This document shows positions 13,336 to 26,309 of a stretch of DNA of 64,000 bases, piece by piece. The DNA is from Camelus ferus (taxonomy: Eukaryota): contig NC_045696.1 of assembly GCF_009834535.1 (NCBI RefSeq), positions 23,624,001 through 23,688,000 on the forward strand. The letters run 5' to 3'. How positions within the stretch are numbered: position 1 is the first letter of the stretch; every line of letters begins with the position of its first letter. The position numbers and the translations under genes are program-made. The notes beneath the pieces are model-generated. The model saw nothing but the letters and a program-made list of their open reading frames with translations. It was not told the DNA's origin and ran no database searches.

Positions 13336-15370
13336 CGCAGTAAAGGAAAAGGTGGAGGCAGCGGGTTCCCAGCGGCCCCGCAGCCTCATAACCCTCACCC
13401 CCACAGAAGTCCTCCCCTTGTAAGACAGGAGGAAGAGGAAGAACAGAGGCACTGTCAGTCAGCTCCCCCCCTTTCATTAAACCCAGAGAACACCTGCTCT
13501 GCTAGAACTGCAAGGGGTAAGAAGGGTCCCTGATCACCACCAGCAGAGAATGCATAGAAGGCACACCTTCCATCCAAAAACTGCACACCCTGAGGACAGA
13601 ACTTGCCCGAGCCAACCCAATGACAAAAAGTAAGCTAATGGCAACACCAAAGTAACACAAATGTTCACAGGGCTCTAGGACCACACCTGGCACAGGACCC
13701 CATGCCCTGTGTGGGTTGCTCTGATCTCCCCGTCCCCAGAAGCCTGGCTGCCCTACCACCCAGTGACCACCACAGAAACCACAGAGCTGACCTCGGCCAT
13801 CTCACATGCTTTCTCTATCCCATCGCGGCCTCACACACCCAGATGCACTGGTAGCCTTCCTCTGATGCCACTAGCAAGGACGGCAATACTGTCAGTTCTG
13901 TTCGTTCCGCAATCTTATTACTGACTTGAAGCCCCAGGCCCAGTGAGGACGAAGTCCAGAAGTCAGTTCTGAGAAACTGTACAGGGTGTCCATAACCCCA
14001 GGAGGTCTGTGCAGAGAGCTGCTCCTTCCCTCCAAAGACTGGTCATTTTAAACCTGAGGCAGTGGACTGCTGCTAATTTCCTTTCAATCTTCTTCCTTGG
14101 CCCTGCCCTGCCCCAAAGGCCTCATGGGAAGACTTCAGGGGCCCTCTTACTGACGTACCAAGAGCAGCTCAGAGGTCTCAGTGGAGGACACAGCAAGCCC
14201 CACACCTCCAGCCCAAGTCTGTTTCTGTAGCTCCATTTCAAAGAAATGCAACATTTAAATTTGCGTGTATTCTGGCATGGATGATGACACATAAATCTGA
14301 GTGTATGGTTAGATCTCACATTAGTGTTACCACAGCAACAGATTCTGGCCACTAATGTTTCCTCATTCCTGGTCCCTCTCTCCACACTCCTCCCCTACAT
14401 CCTTCCTCTTCACTAAGGATCTAGCCCTCAGCTCTGCAGCCAATCCTGCCCTCAAACCTGGTGCCACTCACCCCTCACAACCCACTTCCAGGCTGAACGA
14501 CACCCACAAAAACCCAACAAATAAGAAGTTTCCAGTTTAAAACAAGTTCCTCTTCTTTCTTGTTTCCACATGGACCAAAAACTCTAAGAAATGTCTTTCT
14601 CTGCTCCACAGTTCATCCCACCCCACCACTGGTCCCCCAAGTTCTCTCCAAACTTCCAAGCCAACTACATTACGAAAGAATGTACCTTGTGGAACAAAAT
14701 ACACATCATAAAGATTAGCTAGCTCTGCCTGCTGAGTGCACTGTGGGGTCAGGGCCCGGGCGGGTCACTTGGAGAGAGGGCAAGCCACCAGGACACAAGC
14801 TGCCGGGATCACAGCACTGACAGCTCACTAGCCCACAGGGATGAGCAAGGGAGCTGACTGAGGACTGTGGCTTATAACCTGGATTTATCACCTTGGGGCT
14901 CAGGAAGAAGGATAGCATTTTGTATTTGTTCCACTAACAGCTTAGAACCACATCCCAGATAATCATGGTAAACCCTTCACAACATGGAAAATGCTGAAAG
15001 CAGCCAGCCATTCCCACTTCTCTTCATTTTTTAATTAAATCTTGCACACACAAAATAATTTGCACACTCATGTGTGCGATTAACTATTAAAGAAATTAAT
15101 ATGAGTTTGAGGTACGAAGAAGAAAAGGCTTTTCATTTTCAGCAGTGAAACCTTTTTATGAAGTATTAGTTTAAATATATAAAATAAAGGAAAAATTGTG
15201 CAATTTCATTTTGTTTTGTAAGCAGGTCAGTACTTGCTCCTCAAGGTTTTACCTCTAACATTTTTAACTTTTTTGCTATTTTCAGACTTGGGAGAATAAG
15301 TAGCTATGGTTATTGCTGATCCGATGAGAATGTAAAACTGAATAAAATATGAGAAACAATGCTTAAAAAT
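13336..15370 (+). pseudogene. RBPMS2: RBPMS2 processed pseudogene (decayed CDS about 13430-13904 plus 3'UTR), antisense within USP25 intron 1
   Basis: Intronless, frameshifted matches to RBPMS2 motifs IKPRE, GYEGSLI, TLRLEFAKAN, KSKLMATP, LIPASPEAW, TTELTPAISHA, WKYRQFC; AATAAA at 15341-15346; interrupts an old L1. Confidence 0.88.
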
Positions 15371-16650
15371 CATTCAAAACTGGCCAATAAACACATGAAA
15401 AGATATTCAGAACCATTAGTCATTAGGGAAATACAAAGTAACACTACAATGAGGTACCACTACATACTTACTAAAATGGTTAAAACATAAAAGTTTACAA
15501 TACCAAGTGTTGACAAAAATGTAGACCAAATGGAACTCTCATACATTGTTGACGGGAATGTAAAATGGTACAACCACTTTGAATAACTATTTAGCAATAT
15601 CTTGTAACAATTCCACTACTATGTATTTGCTCAAGAGAAATTCTTTAGAAGTGCATCAGGTACCAAAGTAGGAAACTGTCCTTTAAAATCAGCAATAAAA
15701 CAAAACATCCACTATCATCACTTCTAATCAACATTTATTATACATTTTACCCTGTAAAAGAAAAAATGAATTAGAATGATAAAAACTGGAAATAAAAAAT
15801 TAAAACTGTCATGATTTACTTATGATGTGATCTCTGAAAAAGTATTAAAGTTTAGCAAAGTTTTGGTGGGTATAAAAATAATATACAAAGCCAGCTGCAT
15901 TTGTACACATCAGTAACAAAGTATTTTAAAAAACCACATGTTATTGCTATCTGAAGATATATACTATTCAGGACAAACAATGTGTAAGAATTATACTGTT
16001 AAAATTATAAACTGAGGAAGAAATTCTAAAGAAGACCTAATAAAAGTATACGTATACTCTGTTCATGGATAGAAAGAGTCAGTATCATAAATATGTTAAT
16101 GACCCCAAATTGGTCTATAGATTCAATAAAATTACTAAAAATCTCAAACAAGATTTTCCAGAGAACTTGGTAAAGTTACTCTAAATTGTCTAAGGATGAT
16201 AAAGTACCATGACACCTTGGAAGAAGAAAAGTAAACTTATTTTTTCAGTATTAGAGATTATTATGAAGCCACAGCAATGAAGACAGGACAGCATTCACAA
16301 AATGAATGATGTAACAAAACAGCACATGGGGGAAAGAAGAGAATTTTCTATAAAGCTTTTATATATGACAGAGATGGTAGGTAAGTTCAGTTGAGGAGAG
16401 CATTAACTTTTCAATAATGTTAAGATTAAATACAATAAAAAATCATATATAGAGTAAAAATTAAATTGGATCCCTACCTGATACCAGGTACAAAAATTAA
16501 GTGCAGATGGTATAAGGTCTAGATGTTGCAAACATAACTTTAAAACACTTAGTAGGAAATATAGATGAATATCATCCATATATCAAATGGGGAAAAAAGT
16601 CCCTAAAGTTAAAAAGACTAAAATTAAAAATATATATCTTCAGGAATTCA
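15371..16650 (+). mobile_element. Old L1 ORF2 fragments, right part
   Basis: ggccaataaacacatgaaaaga...cattagtcattagggaaat...ggaactctcatacattg...gggaatgtaaaatggtacaaccacttt are L1 ORF2 hallmarks. Confidence 0.75.
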
Positions 16651-19600
16651 GACAGGTGGCAAAAAAGGAAATCAAAGAGAGAAAGAACACAGGATTCAAG
16701 ATGATCAGTCTCAAATGAAAATAAAAGCATGGGATGAGACAACTATAAAGTTAGATACAGATTACTTTCAAAGTTCTAGCCTTTGTTTTAAATACTGGGT
16801 TCAATGTGTGCTTACCATTAAAAATTAATAAGCAATTTCATAAAAAAATGAAAACATTTGCAAAAACTGTTTATGATTAATTAGATTCTGTACACTGCAG
16901 AACCAACTAGTGTATACATTATTAAAACAACCCCCTCCAAAAAATATCTGACTACCTATGGAGGTAGTAAACATAGAATTGATATTACAAAAATAGTAAT
17001 TTGATTTAGACAATCAAAGTAAAAAGTTATTCCTAGCACATAGAAAAAAAGGGAGAGGAAAAAATTATAAAATTTGAAGCAAGGAAGAGAGATAAATGCT
17101 ATCTAATATTCAAATAATGTAGATTCAGAACAAGGAAGAAAAAAGTAATAGAATAAAAGTAATAATTCTTAAATATATACCATTTTCCTTAGAGTTTTCG
17201 ACCAAAACCCTTGCCAGGATTGTTAAAAATACACACACACAAACACACACACACATGAAATTTCTGGATTCTAAAACCAAATAGAAAATCTTACAAGCTT
17301 ACAGGGTTAACAATTTACCTACCAAACAAATAAAAACCCTCAAACATTACACTACACCAAAAAAAACACATAGTTAAAATTAAACACCTAAATACCTATT
17401 TTTTAAAAAGTTAATTAGTGTAACACAATTAAGTAATATTTTTGATGTAAGAAATGCCTTAAGAAATTTAAAATGACACCATTTAAGTTTATAATTCTAT
17501 ATTATTCCAGCAAAATCAAGAATCTTAAGTAAAGTTATGATAAACAGTCTTTCTTATTTAGGACAGAGGGAATGGAGGGAAAACTATTATTAATTTTTTA
17601 TACTATGAGAAAAATATGTGTTTATATATATTTGTTTAAAATTAAAAGAACAGAAAAGACTCTTTAAATGGGAAGTCAGATGGCAATTAAAGGTTAACTA
17701 TATCACAGTATATGCAGGTGATAAAATTTTACTAAAAGACCAGCAAAAAACACACACGTTTGAATTAGATCCATTAGAAATACAAAGAGAATTTGATGAA
17801 TTATATTAAAAATAGAGAAGTCAACATCTCTCAGAATTTGAGATAAAGGAAAAAGAAAACATGAAATCTTGAAATTACACTGTGTTCATTTCATATATAA
17901 ATATTAACTTTCAAAAAATATTATCCTTTTCATATAGTCATTAAAACCTCATGTACTTAGTTATTTCTTCTTAATTCTTAATAAATTTCTAAAACTATCA
18001 CAAATCATATTCTCTAAACACAGTTTCAATTGTTCTAAACACTGTGTCTGACTGAACTAAAAGTCAACAATTTTAAATATGCAACAACTTGGAAAATGAA
18101 ACAAAAAATCTTTAAAATAATGAAAGAAAAATGTTAAAAAATAATAGTCAAAACTTGGACAGCTTAACTAAATCTTGCTCTAAATAAAATCGTTAGCTTA
18201 ACATAGTCACGTTCATCAAAACATCAACGTAACAAGTACTTAGGTTGAATGATCAAAATGGTTAACTGCCACCAATTTTGAATGGTTTAACATAATACCA
18301 CACTAAACAATTCCAAAAGCACAGGAAAAGATAAAAAGCTTTCTAATGCTTTTATCAACTAACCTTACCTTAATAGCTCATACATACACAAGCAAAACTT
18401 GTAACCAACCTCATTTAAGAATGTAGATTCTAAATTCTAGATTTAAATTTAATATATTGAATTTGAAGGCATCGTGACTAAATGTGATTTTACCAGAAAG
18501 CAATACAGATTAAAGGTTAACAGCAAAAGCCCCTGAGTCTCATGACCCTGAGTTTAAATCCCACTCTCAACACATACTAACAATGAAATGTTGCTTTAGT
18601 TATTAACTGCTCTAATACTGTTTCCTCCACCAGGACATGGAGGAAAAAAAAAATGTCCTCCTAAAAAGGCGGTTGAGAAGATTAAATGAAAAAAGTCGTA
18701 AAACTCTTAGCACAATTCCCTAACATAGTACATAGTAAATAGTCCATGTTATTTACTACAGTTGTTGTTATTGACATATTAAATTATCACATCAGTTGTT
18801 GAAAAAAAATTTGATAGTCAACATCCAAATCTGACTTCAAAACCGTTAAATACTTAGAACTGTAAGAACATTTCATATAATGAAACAACACGTTAACAGA
18901 ACCTAACATTAACCTTAGTACTCTGTTATCCTAGCTAAAACAATAAAATAGTATATGAAAAAGAGATGTGAAAATTAACAGAGGTCAGAATGATAATTAT
19001 TTGCAAATTATATGGACTGTATACAAAGAATAATGAAGAAAATCATCAAATTCATTCAAAATCATAAAGAGAATTTAAGACAGCTGGATACGATGTTAGC
19101 ATACAAATCAAAATTAGGTGAGAAAGGAATGGAGTAAAATGGGAATAAACAGCTGGATCCCTTTCTCCCACAAACCAAGTCTTATGCTGGTACCAAGATA
19201 ACCAACAATTTAGTACTAAAGAATATCAATTTTATGTAATGTTTACAGTGACTTATGTAACATTAACTGTCTCTTGAAATCCTGTATTGTATCTTTATAA
19301 CTTTAGATAACACCTAAGTTAGAAAATACTATATTATTTTAACTAAGAAATTCACTCTGAATTCAGTTTGTATTGTTTTTCAAGTTTCAACTCTTGATTT
19401 GGTTAATCTGTGACATCCTTCCCATCCCCAACCCTCAGTATAATTAGTGAAAGCTGACTGTTTGATCCATAGGTTCCTTCTGCCTCCACACTCACTACGA
19501 TTTCTTTTTTATCCTCCCGGTCCAGAATGAATGTCTGTGTAGCTCCATTAAACACTGAGATCTAAAAAATGCTGCTCATGTCTAATCATACTAACCTTAA

Positions 19601-22600
19601 GGCTTTAAAAGAAGATCCAGAGGCACTGAAAGACTTGGCCAAAGTCATTTAGAAAGATGACTGAGATCCAGCTAACATCCTACAGTCTTTTTGCTATACT
19701 GTCTATACTCCAACAGTTGTCCACAGTTTTGAGTTTTCATTGTTTCTCAATAATGTTAAATTGTGAGATTCAGTTAAGGAACTAAAATAACCCCTGTACT
19801 TGCATTCCTTTTAGAAAACATTCAGTCATTATTTCATTCATCAAATATTTACTGAAACCTACTGTGTGCCAAGAAGTTGTTCTAAGCCCTAAGGTGAAAC
19901 AAAATAGGCAAAATACCTGCCCTTATGGATTTTATATTTATTCAACTCAGAAGGACGCATTTAAACAATATCCAGCTCATTTCACTCTATAAATTAATTT
20001 GGTCCCTGGGCGGAAGCCTTCTAAATTGCTGCCGTAAAGAATCCTCATTTGGGACCTGAATCTATGAATCAAATTTCCAAGATGTAAGGATCCTACACTT
20101 AGGTAAACATCAAGCACAAGGTTGAAGACACATGTGCAAGACCTAAATTATGACAAGATTTAACTGTGGCTAATCTGCCACCAACTCTACCTTACCGGTA
20201 TCATCTGAAACCTCTCAGAAAAGCAGCTCTCTACAGTTTCACTACATCTCATAACTCTCTGCCATGGCCAAACTTGAGCAATCAAGCAAAGAACACATCA
20301 GAGGAAAAAGCCCTTGCCTTATGTTACATTTTGACAAGTTACTTTGTAGGTGAACAAAGTAAGAAAGTTCTATGTAGTCCTACTTAAAAAAAAAAAAAAA
20401 ATTACTAATCTTCCATGCTTCTGGAAGAAAAAAAGAACCTTGAAAAATAGGGAACTGTTCCAACTACCAGAATACTTATTTATATAAAGCTAGTATTATA
20501 CATGACCATACAACACATAATTTCTTTAAGGACAGCAGAAAATAGGATAAAATTTTGGTTATGCAATACACACTAGATACTTCTCGTTTTACTCATAATT
20601 CATAAAGTTTCTAATTTAAAAACAAAGAGTTTCACTTTTGTTTCTTCTAAAGCATTCACTTCCTAGTTACTAACTTGAAGTCTGCTTCCTAGTTACTAGC
20701 TTCGTGCATTTAAATCTACCAATTTATTTGAAGTAGATGGTTTAAAGTATTTGTACTCATATGAATACTTTCAAATGGTTCTGATATGCGTAACAAAGTA
20801 ATAGTATACCAATATGGAAAGCAAGCAAACAGATTGTTTCTTTAAAAAAATAAATACCATATTCCACAACTACTATGATGGAAATATAAAAACAAATGCA
20901 GTTTTACTGCTCTAAAAAAATGTGCACACTATCACTGAGATGATCCAACACACATACTACAAAACCAGCATCATAATGGTAATATTTTGGACTGCTGACT
21001 ACTCCCTTTGTATAAGGAGGGGGCTCATTAAACTAGGTAAATGGACTTGATGGCCAAGCTCACTTTCAGTAATTCGACTCCTGATTCACAATTTTCTGCA
21101 TAAACATCTGAACCAGGCAGATCAGCATTTATCTAATTCTATACTAAGGAAGTACGTTAGTCAAAATCACAAACTTCTTGCCATTGTTTAAATTTGAGAT
21201 GTGAAAAATGAGCTACATTTCCCACTCTGAAACAAATAGGCTTTAATATTCATGACTGAAGGGAACTGTAAACAGAAATGACACCAAACCTATTAAATAT
21301 TTCTTAGTATACATATGACCACAAGCTAGTCCTCTAAGTATTAACACTTAATCACATACTTAACATCAAAAACTAAAGTTTAAGGTATTCAAAACAGAAT
21401 AGAGGGGATTAAGAGATAAACTGTTCTAAACTCCCATTATTAAATCTAGAATTATTTCACTGTAAATAAAATGCAGTGTGCAATAATCTTCTAAATTTAC
21501 CAGTAACAGTTTACACACAAGAGTTCCAAAGACAACTTTTCCCAAAGTGCCTAATATAACAATGCACTATCCTTGCTTTCCAAAATTCTCTGAGCATCTT
21601 CAATTACCTTGGGTACTATCATAAAATTCTAAAAATAATCTAAAAGCAAAAACTTCGCAAGCTGTGAGTATACACATAGTCTATTGTACCATAGCAGGCC
21701 TTATTCTAAAATCGAGCACAGGTAGGATAGAACCATGCCAAAACTACAACAGGGTGGGGCAGTCACTACTCTCCCCAAAAAACCAAACACAGCTTTGGTA
21801 GCTGCTCCCAGTAAACCCTGGTTACCCCCATAATTTCATGACCAAGACGAGTAAAGCAATGTTCTCCTTTTGCCCAAAATGCTTTTCACGCAAATGACCA
21901 AAAGAAAAAATTAAATCATTGCCAACTACTATTCAGGATATAGTGCAAGCCATGATAGTGCACTTGAGATTCTGAAAGCAAAATCCAGGGGGGAAAAAGA
22001 AAAAAAGGGAGCTTCTATCACTACCTACTGTGAAAGATCTCAAGCTTCACAAACCTAGATTTCTGTTTTTATTTTTTACATAAGTGAGCAACCATTTATT
22101 TCAACGCGTGACTGAGACAAGAGTAAAGGGTGAACGATGGAACAAGGTCAAACTTAGGGGACAAAGATTTCTGGAATAAACATAGCCAGAAATGTTTCCT
22201 TCTTGAGAGACAGTTTCTATTATCTAGAAAAGAAGAAAAAGAAACAAAATGAAAAAGAAAGAAAGAAAAAAAAAAAGGAACCAACCAGACCCTCTACTTT
22301 TACATTGAGTCCACCTGGTAAGTGTACCTGCCCCACCACAGGCAGTTCAATTCTGGTGGAGACTCATGCAAAATAGCAGGCCTGGAATGCTCCTTACCTG
22401 GGAAATAAAAACTGCTCAGATGGGATGACAACTGGCTTTTTTTTTTTTTTGAAAAAGAGGGGGAAGATAAAGTTTAATTAAAAAGCCATATAGAGGAGTG
22501 TAGGAATGTGAGGTCGCGCTCAATAAAAACCGGGCACCATCGGTAACAGCAAAACAATCGGCAAGAAGGAAGTGGATTGAAACCAGCTAACTACACCCCG

Positions 22601-22783
22601 CTTTCCAAACGCAGCCCGGAACTGGGCGCGACGCCCCCTAAGCGAGTAGGGGCGGGGGGCTGCGGGGGAGGAAGCCCGGGCGGCGGCGGGGGAAGCTCGG
22701 GAGCTCCCGGCCGAGGCGGGTGAGGGCAGCACGTCGGAAGGAGGAGCGGGGCCGTGCCGCGCCGGCTGGCGGGCTCGCCTCAC

Positions 22784-22828
22784 CTTCTGCGCCGCGCTCT
22801 GCTGCAGCACATTCTGCTCCACGGTCAT
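22784..22828 (-). CDS. USP25: USP25 coding exon 1 (MTVEQNVLQQSAAQK), ubiquitin-specific peptidase 25
   Basis: ATG at 22828-22826 in gcgggggccATGA context; 45 nt encoding the known USP25 N-terminus; ends at AAG|gtgagg donor; lies in a CpG island. Confidence 0.97.
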
Positions 22829-23068
22829 GGCCCCCGCGGCGCCGGCGGCGACACAGGCGGCGGCGTCCGGCTTCTCGCGCCCCCGCCGGCCCTGGCTGTC
22901 GCGCTCCGCCGAGCTCCAGGGAGCGGCGCGGACGGCCGGGGAGGACAGCGCCCCCGCCAGCCAGGCGCGAAGGCGATGGCGGCCGGCGTGCGCGGGCACC
23001 GCGGGCTGGCGGCGAGGCGCGGACAGCGAGGGCCACGGCGGCGGCCCCACGACTCCGCGCGGCCCGCC

Positions 23069-23101
23069 TCAGCGCGGCTCGTCGGCGGCGGCCGGGGCCA
23101 T
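23069..23101 (-). other. Candidate uORF MAPAAADEPR* upstream of the USP25 start
   Basis: ATG GCC CCG GCC GCC GCC GAC GAG CCG CGC TGA, ending 240 nt before the main ATG; depends on the TSS lying above 23101. Confidence 0.5.
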
Positions 23102-24904
23102 GAGCGGGAGGCGGACGCTGGGGCGCGGGAGGGCGCGAGCAAGCCCGGACGCGTCACGAGCGCGCGCGCTCCTTCGCTGGCGGCTCGCGGGCCACTGCGG
23201 GGAAGGGAAAGGGGACAGAGGGAGCGGCCGGCCGGAATGGCGCTGTCCTCCTCCCTCCGCGACTCCTCCTCCCCTCCCTTCCCCCAACCGCCGTCACCGC
23301 CCCCGCCCGGCGGCTCCTCCCCCGCCGAGCCCCGCCCGCCGGCCGCCCTAACCCTACATTGTGACCCGCGGGGCCGCGGGACGGGGCGGGGCCTCCTGGA
23401 GCCCCGCCCCCCGCCCGGCGCTCGCGGGTGGGGCGAGGGAGGGCCACGCGGGCCGGGCCTCGGAGCCGCCCCTGCGGCAGGTTGCGCGACGCCTGCTCTT
23501 GCTCGGCGTTGTTCCAAGCCGAGGCCAGAGGGCAGCGTTCGTCTCTGTCCCCGGGACTTGTCGGATCGCCGGCATTCCGAACTCTTCCAAGACAAAACAT
23601 TTTCCTCCTGGCCACGTAACGTCCGAAAACCTCGTTGGGTCCCGAATCCCGACTTCTTTCTCTGTCTCCCGTCCTCTCCCGTCGCCTTTCTAGGAATTTC
23701 ACAAGCAGTAAACTTGCCCGAAGGGAAAAGTCCGGTGTGATTTAAGCAAAAGCCTGTTAGAAGTCCTTATTCTAGAATATACTTTTCTCCTTAACTAGAC
23801 ATTATGTAAATGACTATTGACAATTCTCTCTCTACTTCTTTCATTCAAATATGTGCCAGTCACTGCTAGGCTTTAGAGAAATGAAGTTTATTTTCCGACA
23901 GTTTGGAGAAATATGAAATATGGTCTACACAGCAGACAACATTACAAAAGTATCACTGCCTAGATAGTACATCATATAATATCCTAGTTCCCAAACAATT
24001 ATTAACCACCCTGCATGGAATACTTGACTGTATAGAATTGTAAGAAAAACTTGACATTGAGAGAGCAATCTCTAGCCTCAGAAGTATTTTGCGTTTCAGG
24101 AGCTAATCTGGGAGTAGTTTGCGGACGGTATGTGATTGCGGCGGTGGGAGGGGCGGGAATTATCAGCGCATATTTTCACAAATACAATACACACATATGC
24201 AAATCCGGGTATGATTTTTAATCTCCTGGCAAGAAAAGTAAATTTGGTAAATGCTCGTTGAAATATTACCTGGTTTTACTCTTTGTAATCTGTGTACTTT
24301 ACAAATTGCTCTGTACCGTAAATGACTTCAACCACCTTTTGAGATCTTTCCCTTGATTCTTCATATTTATTTGCTCATTTGATTTTAACAGATTACAAAT
24401 TTTACTTTATTGCTATCTTATGTCTTTGCAGGAAGAATTCGAAATGTTGTGAAATGACTAGACACCCAGAATTTTAGGAGTAATACAATGGTTCTGATAG
24501 AATGCACAAATTTTTTATGAGAACACTGTGACCCAAGAGGGTGACTTGTCTACAAAAGCATACTAAAGCTCATTTTTCCTCATTTATAGATGAAAATTCT
24601 TTCCAACATATCAACTTCATTTTTTCTGTATAACAGATTAAAAACTTATCTATCCAGTTCATGACATTTGAATTTAAGAAAGTTAAATTTGACATAAAAA
24701 TCTAGTACTGTGGTTAAAAAAAGATATTGCCAGATACTAAAGTTTAGTTTCTAGAATTTGGCAATAAATGATACTCTGAGTTAAGTTTTTTAGTTACACA
24801 AAAAAAATTATCTTACTAGTGCTTACTGTATAATTATCAAATAAAGCTACTTATAGGATAGTTTGTATTTGCCCACTTCAATCATTCATTCCCAGATTAC
24901 TTCT

Positions 24905-25232
24905 TTTTAAAAAATTTTTTTAAATTGAAGTACAGTCAGTTACAATGTATCAGTCTCTGGTGTGCAGCACACTGTCCCAGTCATGCATATACATACATAT
25001 ATTCATTTTCATATTCTTTTTCATTAAAGGTTATTACAAGATATTGAATATAGTTCCCTGTGCTACACAGAAGAAACTTGTTTTTTTAATCTATTTTTAT
25101 ATATAGTGGCTAACATTTGCAGATCTCAAACTCCCAAATTTTTTCCTTCCCACCCTCTTTCCCAGGTAACCATAAGATTGTTTACTATGTCTATGAGTTT
25201 GTTTCTGTTTTGTAGATGACTTCATAGTGTCC
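24905..25232 (-). mobile_element. Young, 5'-truncated L1 3'UTR insertion
   Basis: Perfect 16-bp TSD ttcccagattacttct at 24889-24904 and 25233-25248; closely similar to the 3'UTR of the L1 at about 34450-34700. Confidence 0.9.
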
Positions 25233-26309
25233 TTCCCAGATTACTTCTGATGATTTCCTATTTAAATTTTTTTAATCTTAATTGTGCTTTTGTAGAACTT
25301 TGAGAAGTTAATTTCAAATTTCCCTTAGGTATTTTTTTTTTAGAGAGCATATAATTGGAATGAATACAGGATGAAAATTTGAGAATTTGAGATAAATTCA
25401 CACATAGAATTCATTGCCAGATATCCTAATTTGTTTTTAAAATGCACACCAATGTCAGTTTTGCTGTTCATGAGTCAGTCTTAATATGAATGGTTATTGT
25501 AATGATATATATCCTTAGGATATTATTTAATAATTCCTAAATTATTGCATTGCTCTGGATTCTCTGCACTTAGGTAAACACGTAAAGTGATAGATTTCAT
25601 ATAAAATTAAACATTTAATTTTTAACATAAAGTCTATTTTTCTATTTTGGATTAAAATGATATTTCTAAAAATATTCAGTATTGTATCTTGTATATGAAC
25701 CAAGGAAATTGATATTATTATATCCAGACTTTTTATTTCTCTTTGTTTAGAAAGAATTGGAAAAATCTACTTCTGGACACCTGAAATCTCATATGTTGCC
25801 AAAGCACCTTTGTAAGACGTAAACAAGAGAGAAACGTTCAATTTGCAATGTAGATTTGAACACTTTTCTTGGCAAAATAATGTCTTTTAACTCTACTTCA
25901 AAGAGGATCAGAATAATTTTTTCTTCTTTAGGTATATTGACATTCTGGGGTAATTTTATTTCCGTCAATAAGGGAACCATAAGCAGCTGTTCAAAGAGGA
26001 GTTTTCTGTGATGTCACAGTGGCACCATTCAGTTGTGGAGTGTTCAGAGATTAGAACGTATGAGAATTTTCTGCCTAGACATGACAATAAGATGCTTATT
26101 GAATTAAACAGGCAGCCATGAAGGAGAGAAAACAAACTTATTTACGCTTTTGCAGTGCACCTCCAACTCTAGCTTCTCATTCCAATGGGACAGCCTTGTG
26201 GTCCTGGCAGCTATATTGTTTTATGTGACAAAGAATGTTATTAGTAGTATCTCCAGTGGTTGGTGGTGCCTCACACACTGAGAGCCTTCAGATTGTACTT
26301 CTTTGTCAG

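Larger units (their letters stand above)
22600..23700. promoter_or_regulatory. CpG island: USP25 promoter, 5'UTR and start of intron 1
   Basis: Very GC- and CpG-rich block in an AT-rich background; several GC boxes (GGGGCGGGG at about 23382-23390), TGACGC half-CRE at about 23151-23156 (minus), no obvious TATA box. Confidence 0.93.

Noticed and set aside
22520..23740. Many long overlapping ORFs (up to 328 aa) on both strands
   Set aside because: Ala/Arg/Gly/Pro-rich products expected from stop-codon scarcity in a CpG island; only the 15 codons at 22784-22828 match a known protein
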